A stretch of DNA of 63,977 nt, counting the filler, from Octopus bimaculoides (lineage: Eukaryota), in assembly GCF_001194135.2 (NCBI RefSeq). It is 7 parts of 6 records of this genome, joined end to end, with 100 filler letters (N's around TTAATTAATTAA, not from the genome) between each part and the next. Parts side by side here need not be neighbours in the genome. Positions count along the whole stretch, not along the records: positions 43,224 to 57,937 come from NC_068982.1; positions 58,038 to 61,753 come from NC_068982.1; 5 more parts are not named here. One strand, written 5' to 3'. The stretch's first letter is position 1, and every line of letters begins with the position of its first letter. This document shows, piece after piece, positions 50,250-60,725 of the stretch. Both the position numbers and the translations under genes were made by a program. The notes below the pieces were generated by a model, which was not told where the DNA came from, made no database searches, and saw only the letters and a program-made list of their open reading frames with translations.

Positions 50250-51010
50250 ACTTCATGTCGATACGTGTGTAATCTTCAGATCTTAGGGAAGTATGCAATC
50301 TTTTTCTGATATGCTGAACGTTTTGCATCCAGGTTTTCTTTGATGCATGTTAGCCCAGTTAATTTAGAGTTGTATGGGGAGGTCATCTGGAAGGGAGTTC
50401 TTCCAGAGGAACTCACTGTCGACATATGGGATATTGTTCTCTTCGCTTTTCAATACTAGGTTTATATAGTTATTTTTTCTACTGCTGTTTGGCAGGTCCT
50501 GCCTGAGAGATACTATACGAAGCGTATCTGCACTGATCTCACGGTCTCTATCCCCTTAATTTCTTCTCAGGGAAAAACCCGTTGATATCACTGTTTCTGT
50601 GGAAGTGTCCAGTGATGTCAGAATTTTGCGAGTTTTAACATCTATGGAGTGGAAAGGCTGCAAGCTGGCATAATCGTTAGCACGCCGGGGAAAATGCTTA
50701 GCGGCATTTCGTCCGTCATCAGGTTCTGAGGGCAAATTCTGCCGCGGTTGACTTCGCTTTCATTCCTTCAGGGTCGATAGAATAAGTACTAGTTGAATAC
50801 TGGGGAAGATGTAACCGGCTTACTCCCTCCACTAAAATCGCTGTCACTGTGCCAAAAATTGAAGCCAATGTCTATGGAGTGTATTTTCTCAAAGACCACT
50901 CAAATACTCGAATGCTGGAATCAGCACTAATATTGCACATGCATTGTGGGATATTGTCTTGTAAGAGGAGAGTTCCAACTGCTATACTTTTCTGAGTCTG
51001 ATGTAATATT
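50250..51010 (-). mobile_element. R4/Dong-like non-LTR retrotransposon fragment (post-RT region), interrupted by a SINE
   Basis: Minus-strand pieces HSIDVKTRKILTS...RNSDIN..F resemble the DxKTRKxLT...HxxSDxxRL block. Confidence 0.6.
50652..50870 (+). mobile_element. SINE family A insertion with 11-bp TSD TCTATGGAGTG
   Basis: TSD at 50641-50651 and 50871-50881; aatcgttagcacgccggg head. Confidence 0.9.
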
Positions 51011-51066
51011 CTACAGTTTTTCCTTACACTTTTTTTGTATGATATATTTTCATTAATGCCTACATA

Positions 51067-52459
51067 CCTGGGTTGGACAAAATAATGGAAACACCTAGCA
51101 TCATAGCATAATACTTTTGAAATATCTATAAAACCGTCAAATGATTGTTTATTTTTCTGTCTTTTGATTTATTATTAGTGTTGCTTAATATGTTTTGCTA
51201 AAATTGCTGTTTATTTTCAGATATCATCAGAAAAAGATAATTAATATTCATTAAAATGACAGATCTATCGGACTTTCAAAGAGGTCCAATTCTTGGTGCT
51301 CTCATGGCAAGCGCTAGCATAATGAAAACAGCCGAAATGTTTGGTGTATGAAGAAGCACTGTTTCGAAAGTAATGACAGCTTTTGAGATAGGGGGAAAAC
51401 CTCCTCGTCGAAACAAAACTCCGGAAGAAAACCAAAACTTTCATATAGTGACCATCGGACTCTTACGCGAATTGTTAGAAAAGATCACAAAAGTACAGCT
51501 CCCTAAATTATTGCAGAGCTTGACCACCTCGAGAACCCAGTTTTCACAACAACTGTTCTCCGGGAGCTGCACAAATCCGGAGTTCACGGGAGGGCTGTAA
51601 CCCGAAAACCACTACTTTCAAAAACAAACGTTGCAAAGCGTTCAGAATGGAGTAAAAACCTAAAGAATTGGTCCCTAGAGCAGTTGAAGAATGTTATTTT
51701 CTCGGTCGAGTCATCCTTTACCTTATTTCNNNNNNNNNNNNNNNNNNNNNNNNNNNNNNNNNNNNNNNNNNNNNNNNNNNNNNNNNNNNNNNNNNNNNNN
51801 NNNNNNNNNNNNNNNNNNNNNNNNNNNNNNNNNNNNNNNNNNNNNNNNNNNNNNNNNNNNNNNNNNNNNNNNNNNNNNNNNNNNNNNNNNNNNNNNNNNN
51901 NNNNNNNNNNNNNNNNNNNNNNNNNNNNNNNNNNNNNNNNNNNNNNNNNNNNNNNNNNNNNNNNNNNNNNNNNNNNNNNNNNNNNNNNNNNNNNNNNNNN
52001 NNNNNNNNNNNNNNNNNNNNNNNACTGTTTAAGCATTTTATCTGATCAAATTCATCCCATGGTTGCGGAACTGTATCCGGAGGGAAGCGCAATCTTTCAG
52101 GATGATAATGCACCAATTCACACGGCTAAAGCTGTTACTGAATGGCACGAAGAACATTCTAGTGAAGTTGAACATCTTATCTGGTCACCACAGTCCCCAG
52201 ATTTCAATATTATTGAACATCTATGGTGTATTTAAAAAAACAAAAAAACAAATAAGGAGTCGGTATCCTCCACCATGATCACTATAAAAACAGGAGACTG
52301 TTTTAGCTAGAAGAATTCCTTTGGAAACAATTCAAATTTTGCAAGAGTCCATACCTCGTAGAATTCAAGCTGTAATTACTGCCAAAGGCGGACCTACCCC
52401 ATATTAAAATAAATTTGCTTGAAATTTTAAGGTGTTTCCAGTATTTTGTCCAAACCCTG
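51067..52459 (+). mobile_element. Full-length defective Tc1-like element (DD34E) with 30-bp TIRs and TA flanks; N gap inside
   Basis: TIRs match 26/30 (ttggacaaaata.tggaaacacct). MTDLSDFQRG at 51256, IFSVESSF, IFQDDNAPIHTAK, SPQSPDFNIIEHLW; stops and frameshifts. Confidence 0.93.
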
Positions 52460-52543
52460 TATTTGTAGGAACACGTATGTATGTATGTATGTATGTATGT
52501 ATGTATGCATACATATACACATACATATATATGCAAGCATACA

Positions 52544-52574
<31 letters not shown>

Positions 52575-53169
52575 GATGAGATTTTGCAGCATTTCCGCCT
52601 GCTAATTTACCCTCACAATTAATTGGTCAGTTTGCGGGGCTGTTGTGGGAGAGATTTCTCCCAATATGCACTAATGTATTCAAACCTGGAATCTCGAGTT
52701 TGCAAAATGAACTCTTCCATTACACAGCCATAACTGTGTCTAATATACGATGAGAAAACCTCCATCAGGTTTTCCTTCTGCACTCTGTCAACCGTGAATT
52801 TAGACAGATAATAACAGTATCTTCATGTAGCTAATGTTTTAACGCTTTTTTTTTCTCTTTCAGTTGCTATCTTTGTTTGAACCGATGCGTGCTGTGCATT
52901 TGCTGTTGAAAAGGTTATCAAGAATGGTGAATCTGGGAGGTTTTTCTTGGCAGTACTCTGAATTACGTAGTTGTTTCGTTTACGGAAGCTGATATACCTA
53001 GTTGACTTCATTGATATTTGAACACTGGACAAAGGACGAAACCGCAAAAAGCTGACTCAGGTGACACGACAACTAAATATCTCCATCAATTGCATCTCAC
53101 ATATGCAGTTGAACAAGTTAAGTTCCACCTTGTCGCTTGATATGCTAAAATTACAAGCCAGATTTCCAT

Positions 53170-53750
53170 TAACCAATATAACTTAGATAACTTGGAAGCA
53201 CTCCAGAGGTCAATCACAAGAAAGATAGACGGCATGACAGGCATTGACTACTGGGGTCAACTGAAAAAAAAAAAAAAAAAAAAAAAAAAAGAAACTCAAT
53301 CTCTACTCTCTCCAACGCCGCCGGGAGCGATGCATCATTTGTGTGATGTGGAAAATATTCCATCAATATTGCACAAATGATATTGGCATCAGTTTTAAAA
53401 TCAACCCAAGACTTGACCCCCATGCCATCCACCCACTAAAAAAATCGAACTCAGGACACATAACAACATTACGACACAAATATTTTACCTCAACCGGTCC
53501 AGCTCTTTTTAATATTATACCAAAATACGTCAAAACGGAAAGAGATCCCATAAAATTCAAAAGCTCTCTGGACAAATTTCTGCAAAAAATCTCGGATCAG
53601 CCTCCTACATCCGGATATATCTCCAATGATAATAACTCTTTGCTGCAGTGGGCCATTTCCCCCCATAAATAACTAAAAGACTTCACCAAGTGGTGCTATT
53701 AAGTTAGACATGGGCCTATGCTGGTCGAAACCTGTCAAAGTTATCAAAGT
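53170..53750 (+). mobile_element. CR1-clade LINE 3' fragment (second subfamily)
   Basis: LEALQRSITRKIDGMTGIDYWGQLK...GPALFNIIPK...FKSSLDKFLQKISDQP; tail repeats tcaaagtta. Confidence 0.85.
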
Positions 53751-54492
53751 TATGCTTCGACTAAAGATTGGCCCACGTCATGTCTAACTTAATAGCTTCA
53801 TCCAGTACAAGTCTAAAAAAAAAAAAAAAATGGTAAAGTCAAAAAGGTATATTGAATGATGCGAATCTCTGATACATTGACTGAAAATGAGTCTAGATTG
53901 TCATATGTGGATTGCATTGGCTAGATCATAGATGATCTGTAGGAAAACCGACACTAGTAGTAATCGATTTAGTAGCGGGAGAAAACTAATAACTATCGTT
54001 TAAATTCCATTCTGGCGAAAGGAATATTTACCTTTCAACACTCTGCAATGAATAAAAAAATAGATAAACATGCACCCATTCCGTTGACTATTTTAGATAA
54101 TAAAGTTCTCTTTAATTTCCGCTTCAGTAACTAAGGGAAGCTACTTTTGGTAACTATTAGGCAAATTATTTCCCTTGAACTATAAAATGTTTTTATTAAC
54201 TGCTCAGAGATATAATTAAGTCATTGCACACACGCACGCACAAACGCACGCATCCCACCCCCACACACGTACGCACTCACGAACAGAAACAAGCATGCAC
54301 GCACACTCAAATGCATTATATACTCACACGCTCTCACTTTGGGACTCAGCCGTTCGTTAAAAATAAATTAAGCCTTAAATCTAATAAAAGCAGGGCATTG
54401 AGTGTCGTTTTGACCTTCTGGCACGTACCTACGTTCATTGCTTATAGGCACGCGCATATGCAGACACCCTCCTGTGCGTACACACACACACA

Positions 54493-54532
<40 letters not shown>

Positions 54533-54542
54533 NNNNNNNNNN

Positions 54543-54670
54543 TTGTAAGCCTAGTACTTATTCTATTGGTCTCTCAGGCCGAACCGCTAACGTTTCAGGT
54601 ACGTAAACACACCAGCATCGGTTGTCAAGTGGAGTTGGGTGGGGGTAGACAAATACAGACACACAAGCAT
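54543..54670 (-). mobile_element. SINE family B 3' half
   Basis: gtaagcctagtacttattctattggtctc...gccgaaccgctaa...cacaccagcatcggttgtcaag. Confidence 0.85.
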
Positions 54671-56439
54671 ATACATACATACACACGCACACACACACAG
54701 AGACACACACTCACACAGACAGACAGACAGACACACACACACACACACACACACATACGCACATATATATATATATGTATGCATATATAAATATATACAC
54801 ACACACATAAACATATATACATACATACATATATATATATATATANNNNNNNNNNNNNNNNNNNNNNNNNNNNNNNNNNNNNNNNNNNNNNNNNNNNNNN
54901 NNNNNNNNNNNNNNNNNNNNNNNNNNNNNNNNNNNNNNNNNNNNNNNNNNNNNNNNNNNNNNNNNNNNNNNNNNNNNNNNNNNNNNNNNNNNNNNNNNNN
55001 NNNNNNNNNNNNNNNNNNNNNNNNNNNNNNNNNNNNNNNNNNNNNNNNNNNNNNNNNNNNNNNNNNNNNNNNNNNNNNNNNNNNNNNNNNNNNNNNNNNN
55101 NNNNNNNNNNNNNNNNNNNNNNNNNNNNNNNNNNNNNNNNNNNNNNNNNNNNNNNNNNNNNNNNNNNNNNNNNNNNNNNNNNNNNNNNNNNNNNNNNNNN
55201 NNNNNNNNNNNNNNNNNNNNNNNNNNNNNNNNNNNNNNNNNNNNNNNNNNNNNNNNNNNNNNNNNNNNNNNNNNNNNNNNNNNNNNNNNNNNNNNNNNNN
55301 NNNNNNNNNNNNNNNNNNNNNNNNNNNNNNNNNNNNNNNNNNNNNNNNNNNNNNNNNNNNNNNNNNNNNNNNNNNNNNNNNNNNNNNNNNNNNNNNNNNN
55401 NNNNNNNNNNNNNNNNNNNNNNNNNNNNNNNNNNNNNNNNNNNNNNNNNNNNNNNNNNNNNNNNNNNNNNNNNNNNNNNNNNNNNNNNNNNNNNNNNNNN
55501 NNNNNNNNNNNNNNNNNNNNNNNNNNNNNNNNNNNNNNNNNNNNNNNNNNNNNNNNNNNNNNNNNNNNNNNNNNNNNNNNNNNNNNNNNNNNNNNNNNNN
55601 NNNNNNNNNNNNNNNNNNNNNNNNNNNNNNNNNNNNNNNNNNNNNNNNNNNNNNNNNNNNNNNNNNNNNNNNNNNNNNNNNNNNNNNNNNNNNNNNNNNN
55701 NNNNNNNNNNNNNNNNNNNNNNNNNNNNNNNNNNNNNNNNNNNNNNNNATCATCAGCAGAAATGACCAGACAACATATGAAGCACGAGTCAATAAGCAGC
55801 ATGGTTCTTGTTTCTATGTCTAATTTTTCAAAATTTACCTCGTATTTGCGGTTTACCTAATCGGCAGCAAATACAAAAATGCCGATTTTCTTTCAGAAAT
55901 TAGCCCCCCAAAATTTTATCATTATTAATAAATTATAGGGTAGCAAAAAAATTTTAGAAATTTTATTTACCACCAGTGGTCTAGCGAGAGTAAAAAACAG
56001 TCAATAGACTATGTATTATTCATTTAAAATGCAGAGATGCCTATAATAGGACAACAACTCAGCGTATGATTTTGGAAGGATGTGAAGTTATAGTTCGTTA
56101 CCGTTCTATACTGCAAATCCATGGTTGCATCCCCAATCAGGCTGGATTTTTAGACAGTGTGTTGTACAGAAACTAATGCTACCCTCATCGGAGTCATTAT
56201 TATGACGAGGATAGCATTGGTTCTTTAATATCCTTCAATTTTTCTGAACCAATACTAGACCTATTGCGTAAACCGAACAATGAACAAAGCTATAACGACT
56301 ATAGGAGGCGCTACATGTATTATTTAAAGCAGTTTGGTTCGGTTCTCTGCTACTTCAAGTTTCGCAGGCCCCTAACGAGAGCCTGACTCCTTCAGGGTTA
56401 GGATTGCCGAATGGAGTGGTACAGGATGTCCTAGATAAC

Positions 56440-56755
56440 ATGGTATCGCTTCCACACCTCCCTTATTTACCAGACTTAGCAGCTGCGGACTTCCACCTCT
56501 TCCCCAAGATGAAGAGGCAGCTCAAATGGTTTCCGTTTTAACACCGCTGTCGAGATCCAGAGCGAATCACAGAAGGCCTTCTACCCGCTTACGGAAAACA
56601 ACTTCCAGGCCGGATTCCAAAAGTGGTAGGAAGGCTAGGATCGGAGTATTGCTGCGCGAGGTGAGCATTTCGAAGGAAAATATGTTAAAACTTAGGTAAA
56701 TAAGTTATTTTTTAATTGAACATAACTGGTCCGGGAACCTTTTGATGCCACCTCG
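56440..56755 (+). mobile_element. Mariner 3' fragment with TIR end
   Basis: LPHLPYLPDLAAADFHLFPKMKRQLK...GEHFEG, then ggaaccttttgatgccacctcg followed by TA. Confidence 0.85.
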
Positions 56756-57104
56756 TATACTCATACAATTATGAACATTTATATATCATTAATATCAACT
56801 GGATAATAACCGTATAATATGCATTTCAAAGCTCATCTATGGTCATCTATTACCATATGCAATCGTGCAGCAGGAATACTCGTTTTACTGGATATAAATG
56901 TGGAAATTCGTTAGTACACGCAGAATTCATACAAAGATTATAATTCAAGAAGATGGAATGAACAGGCTTTAATAAAAATCTCAGCAACTGTTTCTGTGCA
57001 TTAGCAACAACAGTGCCCTGAAAGCCACTCACCTGATGACGTAGAAGTATACAGCTGGTTCATATTTTATATAATATTTATCTAATACCATGTATTTGTG
57101 AAAC

Positions 57105-57495
57105 TGTGGAGGCGCAATGGCCTAGTGGTTAAGGCAGCGGACTCGTGGTCATAGGATCGCGGCTTCGATTCCCAGATCGGGCGTTGTGAGTGTTTATTGA
57201 GCAAAAACACCTAAAAGCTCCACGAGGCTCCAACAGGGGATGGTGGCGAACCCTGCTGTACTCTTTCACCACAATTTTCTCTCACTCTTACTTCCTGTTT
57301 CTCTTGTGCCTGTAATTCAAAGGGTCAGCCTTGTCACACTGTGACACGCTGAATATCCCCGAGAACTACGTTTAGGGTACACGTGTCTGTGGTGTGCTCA
57401 GCCAACTTGCACGTTAATTTCACGAGCAGGCTGTTCCGTTGATCGGATCGACTGGAACCCTCGACGTCGTAAGCGACGAAGTGCTAACACATGAC
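57105..57495 (+). mobile_element. Full-length tRNA-derived SINE family E with 11-bp TSD ATTTGTGAAAC
   Basis: A box tggcctagtggttaagg, B box ggcttcgattccc; TSD at 57094-57104 and 57496-57506. Confidence 0.9.
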
Positions 57496-57577
57496 ATTTG
57501 TGAAACACTCAGCAACTAACAGCTCTTAGCAATAGAAAATTCAACAAAAGTACTCCATCTGGTGGGAGATAGATATT

Positions 57578-57845
57578 ATTTATTTAAAGGACAGAATACA
57601 CGTCTTTAAGTGCTACTAATAGTTTGATATATTGAGAAATATATCAAGCATATTCTTCATGTGCAAACCACATATGAGAAAGAACTAAAAGACTTGAATA
57701 AGAGAAGAAACGCATTTCTTCTCTTATTCAATTTCTTTAGTCCGTTATGATATGTGGTTTGCACCTGAAGAATAAATTTGAGATATTTCTCAACATATAA
57801 AACTATTAGTAGCTCTTAAAGACATGTATTGCGTCCTTTAAATAA

Positions 57846-57847
<2 letters not shown>
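57578..57847. repeat. Palindrome with 133-bp arms, 4-nt loop CGCA, about 86% arm identity
   Basis: 57578-57710 versus reverse complement of 57715-57847: about 18 mismatches and no indels by manual alignment. Confidence 0.9.
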
Positions 57848-57890
<43 letters not shown>

Positions 57891-59015
57891 CGTGTGTGCG
57901 TGTTGAGGCCCAAATATTCTCCAGTTTCACTGGTCCTNNNNNNNNNNNNNNNNNNNNNNNNNNNNNNNNNNNNNNNNNNNNTTAATTAATTAANNNNNNN
58001 NNNNNNNNNNNNNNNNNNNNNNNNNNNNNNNNNNNNNCTGAAGCTTCGATTGGTTAAAATCACATCTTAAAAAAATAAATGCGACGTATTTCGCAAAAAA
58101 AATTCCGTAAAAAGTGAAAAAATGAACGGGGAAGAGAAATAGAAAATTCGAAAATGCGATTTTTGATTCTTTTTTTTTTTATTTTTAGAATCAGATCTCA
58201 TAACCAAAAACGTGGGATTCCATAAAAAAAAAAGAATCAATTTTCACGAAAGTTATGACGGAAAAATCAGATCTTGTCTTCTCGGTTAATTTGCGCAATT
58301 TGTTTTTGTTTTTTTGTCGTATTCGTTTTCTAGTGGTTAACGACCAGCAGGCTGGGTTGTTTTTATTTTTGCTAACGGGAAGATTCAAGTTTGGGCTATC
58401 TGAAATAGTAGCAACATCAATCATAACCCACACCATTAAAAGAAGAAAAAATAGGCGGGAGGCTCACTAGTTTGTTTATTAGCGGTCAACGGGATTTTTC
58501 CTTTTTTGGAGGGAAGGGCAGACTATGTTGCTTATGTACGTAGCGAATGAGTGAATACAGAAGTACTAGAAAGGAAATGTAAACATGCTCTGCTGGTTGC
58601 GTAATGTTTTAAACACTGGACAGGTTCCAGTGGAAGGAACCTGTAGGACATGGAGAAATCATCTCAGGAAAGCGATGACAAATGATCAATGTTGGAAAAA
58701 CGAGCGCGTAAAAATGGAGGACTATAAAAATTTCCGAATTCTCGGAGGGTTGAGGCTAATATCACCAAGTAATACGTTGTAGTGCTACAAACCAGTTATT
58801 CTTTTCGACAAGCTACCGTCTCCTGTCGAGATTTACATGCGTGTTCCTATTTATATTTCTGCGTGCGTAAAAACCCAATTCGAAGCATCTTCCCTTAACC
58901 ATCCACGGATGAAAGGTGTTCTAAATCAGAGATACCTAGATTAGTGTTTTACAATATCTAATTGACGTACCACAGCGTTCAGTTATCTGCAAGAATCAAT
59001 ACAATGTGCATTCCT

Positions 59016-59021
59016 TTTATT
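59016..59021 (-). other. Candidate AATAAA polyadenylation signal of H1
   Basis: First AATAAA I found on the sense strand downstream of the stop, about 625 nt away; ATTAAA alternative at 59254-59259. Confidence 0.35.
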
Positions 59022-59644
59022 GTTTCTATAGTGGCAGGGAGAAAACTGATTTAGCTGGACCTCATTGTAGTTTCAATTAGGAGTCTGGAATATATACTGG
59101 AACAGCAATAATTTGTTGATAAAAAAAAACAAAAAAACTCTTAAAATAATACTAGTGTCAATACCGCTGAAAAAAATCTCTTAATTTGCACGATAATCGG
59201 GCACCACTTTCATGAAGTTCTTCGGCTAGTAAGATGTAATTTTTAAATATTTTTTTAATCGAAAACGGTGTATATAAAAGACGGGCAGGTGCCCCAAAGC
59301 GCGGAACCTGAAAAGCAAATATAAACCCAAACAAAGAGCTGTAATACAAACAAAATCAATTTCGCGCCTAATGCACGGTGAAAATAAAAAGGACAAAAAA
59401 TAACAAGAAAACCGTTTTAAGATAAAAAAGAAAACATTTTATATGATTATATTTACAGAATGATGTGGTCGAAGACCCCGATGTGAATAATACAAATCAA
59501 GGACTTAATTGCGGGATGAAATAACCATAGAATGTAGGAGGAAAATCCTCGTTAAAAATGTCTGTACACTAATATTTACATTGTCTCTTAATAAATATTG
59601 AAATGGGGGTGGATGTAATGAGCATTATTTTGTTGATAAACTAT

Positions 59645-60184
59645 TTACTTCTTGGCGGCCTTTTTAGTAGCTTTAGCCTTTTTGGGTTTGGTAACCTTCT
59701 TTGGTTTAGCAACTCTCTTGGCAGCTTTCTTTGGAGACTTGCTCTTTTGAGGTTTGGGAGCCCGAGGTTTCTTCACTTTCTTGCTTTTGTTGGTAGGCTT
59801 CTTTGGAGATTTCTTGGCAGCTTTTGGTTTGACTTTGGATTTTGTGGATTTCTTAGCTTTCGCTTTCTTTTCCTCCTTCTTAGCACCGATTTTAAATGAC
59901 CCCGAAGCTCCAGTTCCTTTCGATTGTTTCAACACTCCAGAAGCAACATCTCTCCTCAAAGCCATCTTAGTCTGGACAGTCACAGCTTTCTCATTAGTCG
60001 ACAGTTTGAAATTCTTCAGAATGTATTTGACAATGGCCTGACGAGATGAGCCGTTCTTCTCGCTCAAACTTGTAATAGCTTGTTTAACCATTTCGCTGTA
60101 ACCCGGGTGAGTTGAAGGTTTCTTAGCTTTGGCAGGTTTCTTTGCCTTAGGGGTAGCAGGAGCTGGTGCTGCAGTTTCAGTCAT
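59645..60184 (-). CDS. H1: Linker histone H1, H1.0/H5-like, intronless, 179 aa
   Basis: MTETAAPAPATPK N-tail; globular domain THPGYSEMVKQAI...GSSRQAIVKYI...LKQSKGTGASGSFKIG; K/A/P-rich C-tail with SPKK motifs. ATG at 60184-60182, stop TAA. Confidence 0.97.
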   Translation of the reverse strand: MTETAAPAPATPKAKKPAKAKKPSTHPGYSEMVKQAITSLSEKNGSSRQAIVKYILKNFKLSTNEKAVTVQTKMALRRDVASGVLKQSKGTGASGSFKIGAKKEEKKAKAKKSTKSKVKPKAAKKSPKKPTNKSKKVKKPRAPKPQKSKSPKKAAKRVAKPKKVTKPKKAKATKKAAKK

Positions 60185-60286
60185 ATTGATTTTGGTTGGT
60201 AAAGGCGACGGTAAACACAAAAATCTGCGTGATAATTGAAAGAAAGACGAGATGAATAATAATACGTCACACCATAACACACTTGC

Positions 60287-60294
60287 TATAAATA
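60287..60294. promoter_or_regulatory. TATA-like element, reading TATTTATA on the H1 sense strand and TATAAATA on the plus strand
   Basis: About 103 nt upstream of the ATG and about 80 nt downstream of the H1 box. Confidence 0.5.
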
Positions 60295-60372
60295 CACAAC
60301 GCGCCGACGTAGCAGTAAGCACACAACGCTCATGCTCTCTATGTGTCAAAATGGCAGCTTGTCAACATCTTA

Positions 60373-60382
60373 TGTGTTTCTT
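60373..60382 (-). promoter_or_regulatory. H1 box (AC box) AAGAAACACA
   Basis: Exact match to the H1-specific promoter element at the expected distance upstream of the TATA-like element. Confidence 0.8.
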
Positions 60383-60717
60383 CGGTGTGCTTTAACTGCT
60401 TTGCTACCTGGTTTACAAATACAAACTTACCTTTCTAAGACCGTGGAATTAAATTATGGACTTCGGGTTAATGTTTCAGGAAAGCTAAACATCTTTTACG
60501 GGTATCTTGCCAATATTATTATCATTAATATAAGACGTTGTCACTGTGTTAGGTTGTCGATAGGCTTCAATGAAACTTTAAATTACAAGAATATATATCA
60601 ATGTTATGTCTTCTAAACTTCAGATATGAAAGAATATTCATACTGCTATATATTAAGTCGAATATTTGAAAGAATTAAGGTAAAATAAAACAACTATGAT
60701 AGCACTGTTTACAACTA

Positions 60718-60725
60718 GAAACACA
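60718..60725 (-). promoter_or_regulatory. Candidate TG box (TGTGTTTC), an inverted AC box about 345 bp upstream of the H1 box
   Basis: Plus strand gaaacaca is the reverse complement of tgtgtttc at 60373-60380. Confidence 0.4.

Noticed and set aside
57108-57180. tRNA gene
   Set aside because: A and B boxes are present but there is no full cloverleaf; it continues into a SINE body with a TSD. The same applies at 30809 and 41698.
59270-59279. TATATAAAAG as an antisense promoter downstream of H1
   Set aside because: A single motif in AT-rich 3' sequence with no other support.
59303-59316. CTTTTCAGG resembling the histone stem-loop
   Set aside because: Flanks (TTTGCT / AGGTTC) cannot form the 6-bp stem, and it is 330 nt from the stop.
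59754-60041. Antisense ORF over H1
   Set aside because: Expected stop-poor shadow of a Lys/Ala-rich coding strand.
60185-60349. 234-aa H1 with N-terminal extension MTHREH...
   Set aside because: The upstream ATG lies 5' of the TATA-like element, inside the promoter; Met56 gives a typical H1 N-terminus.
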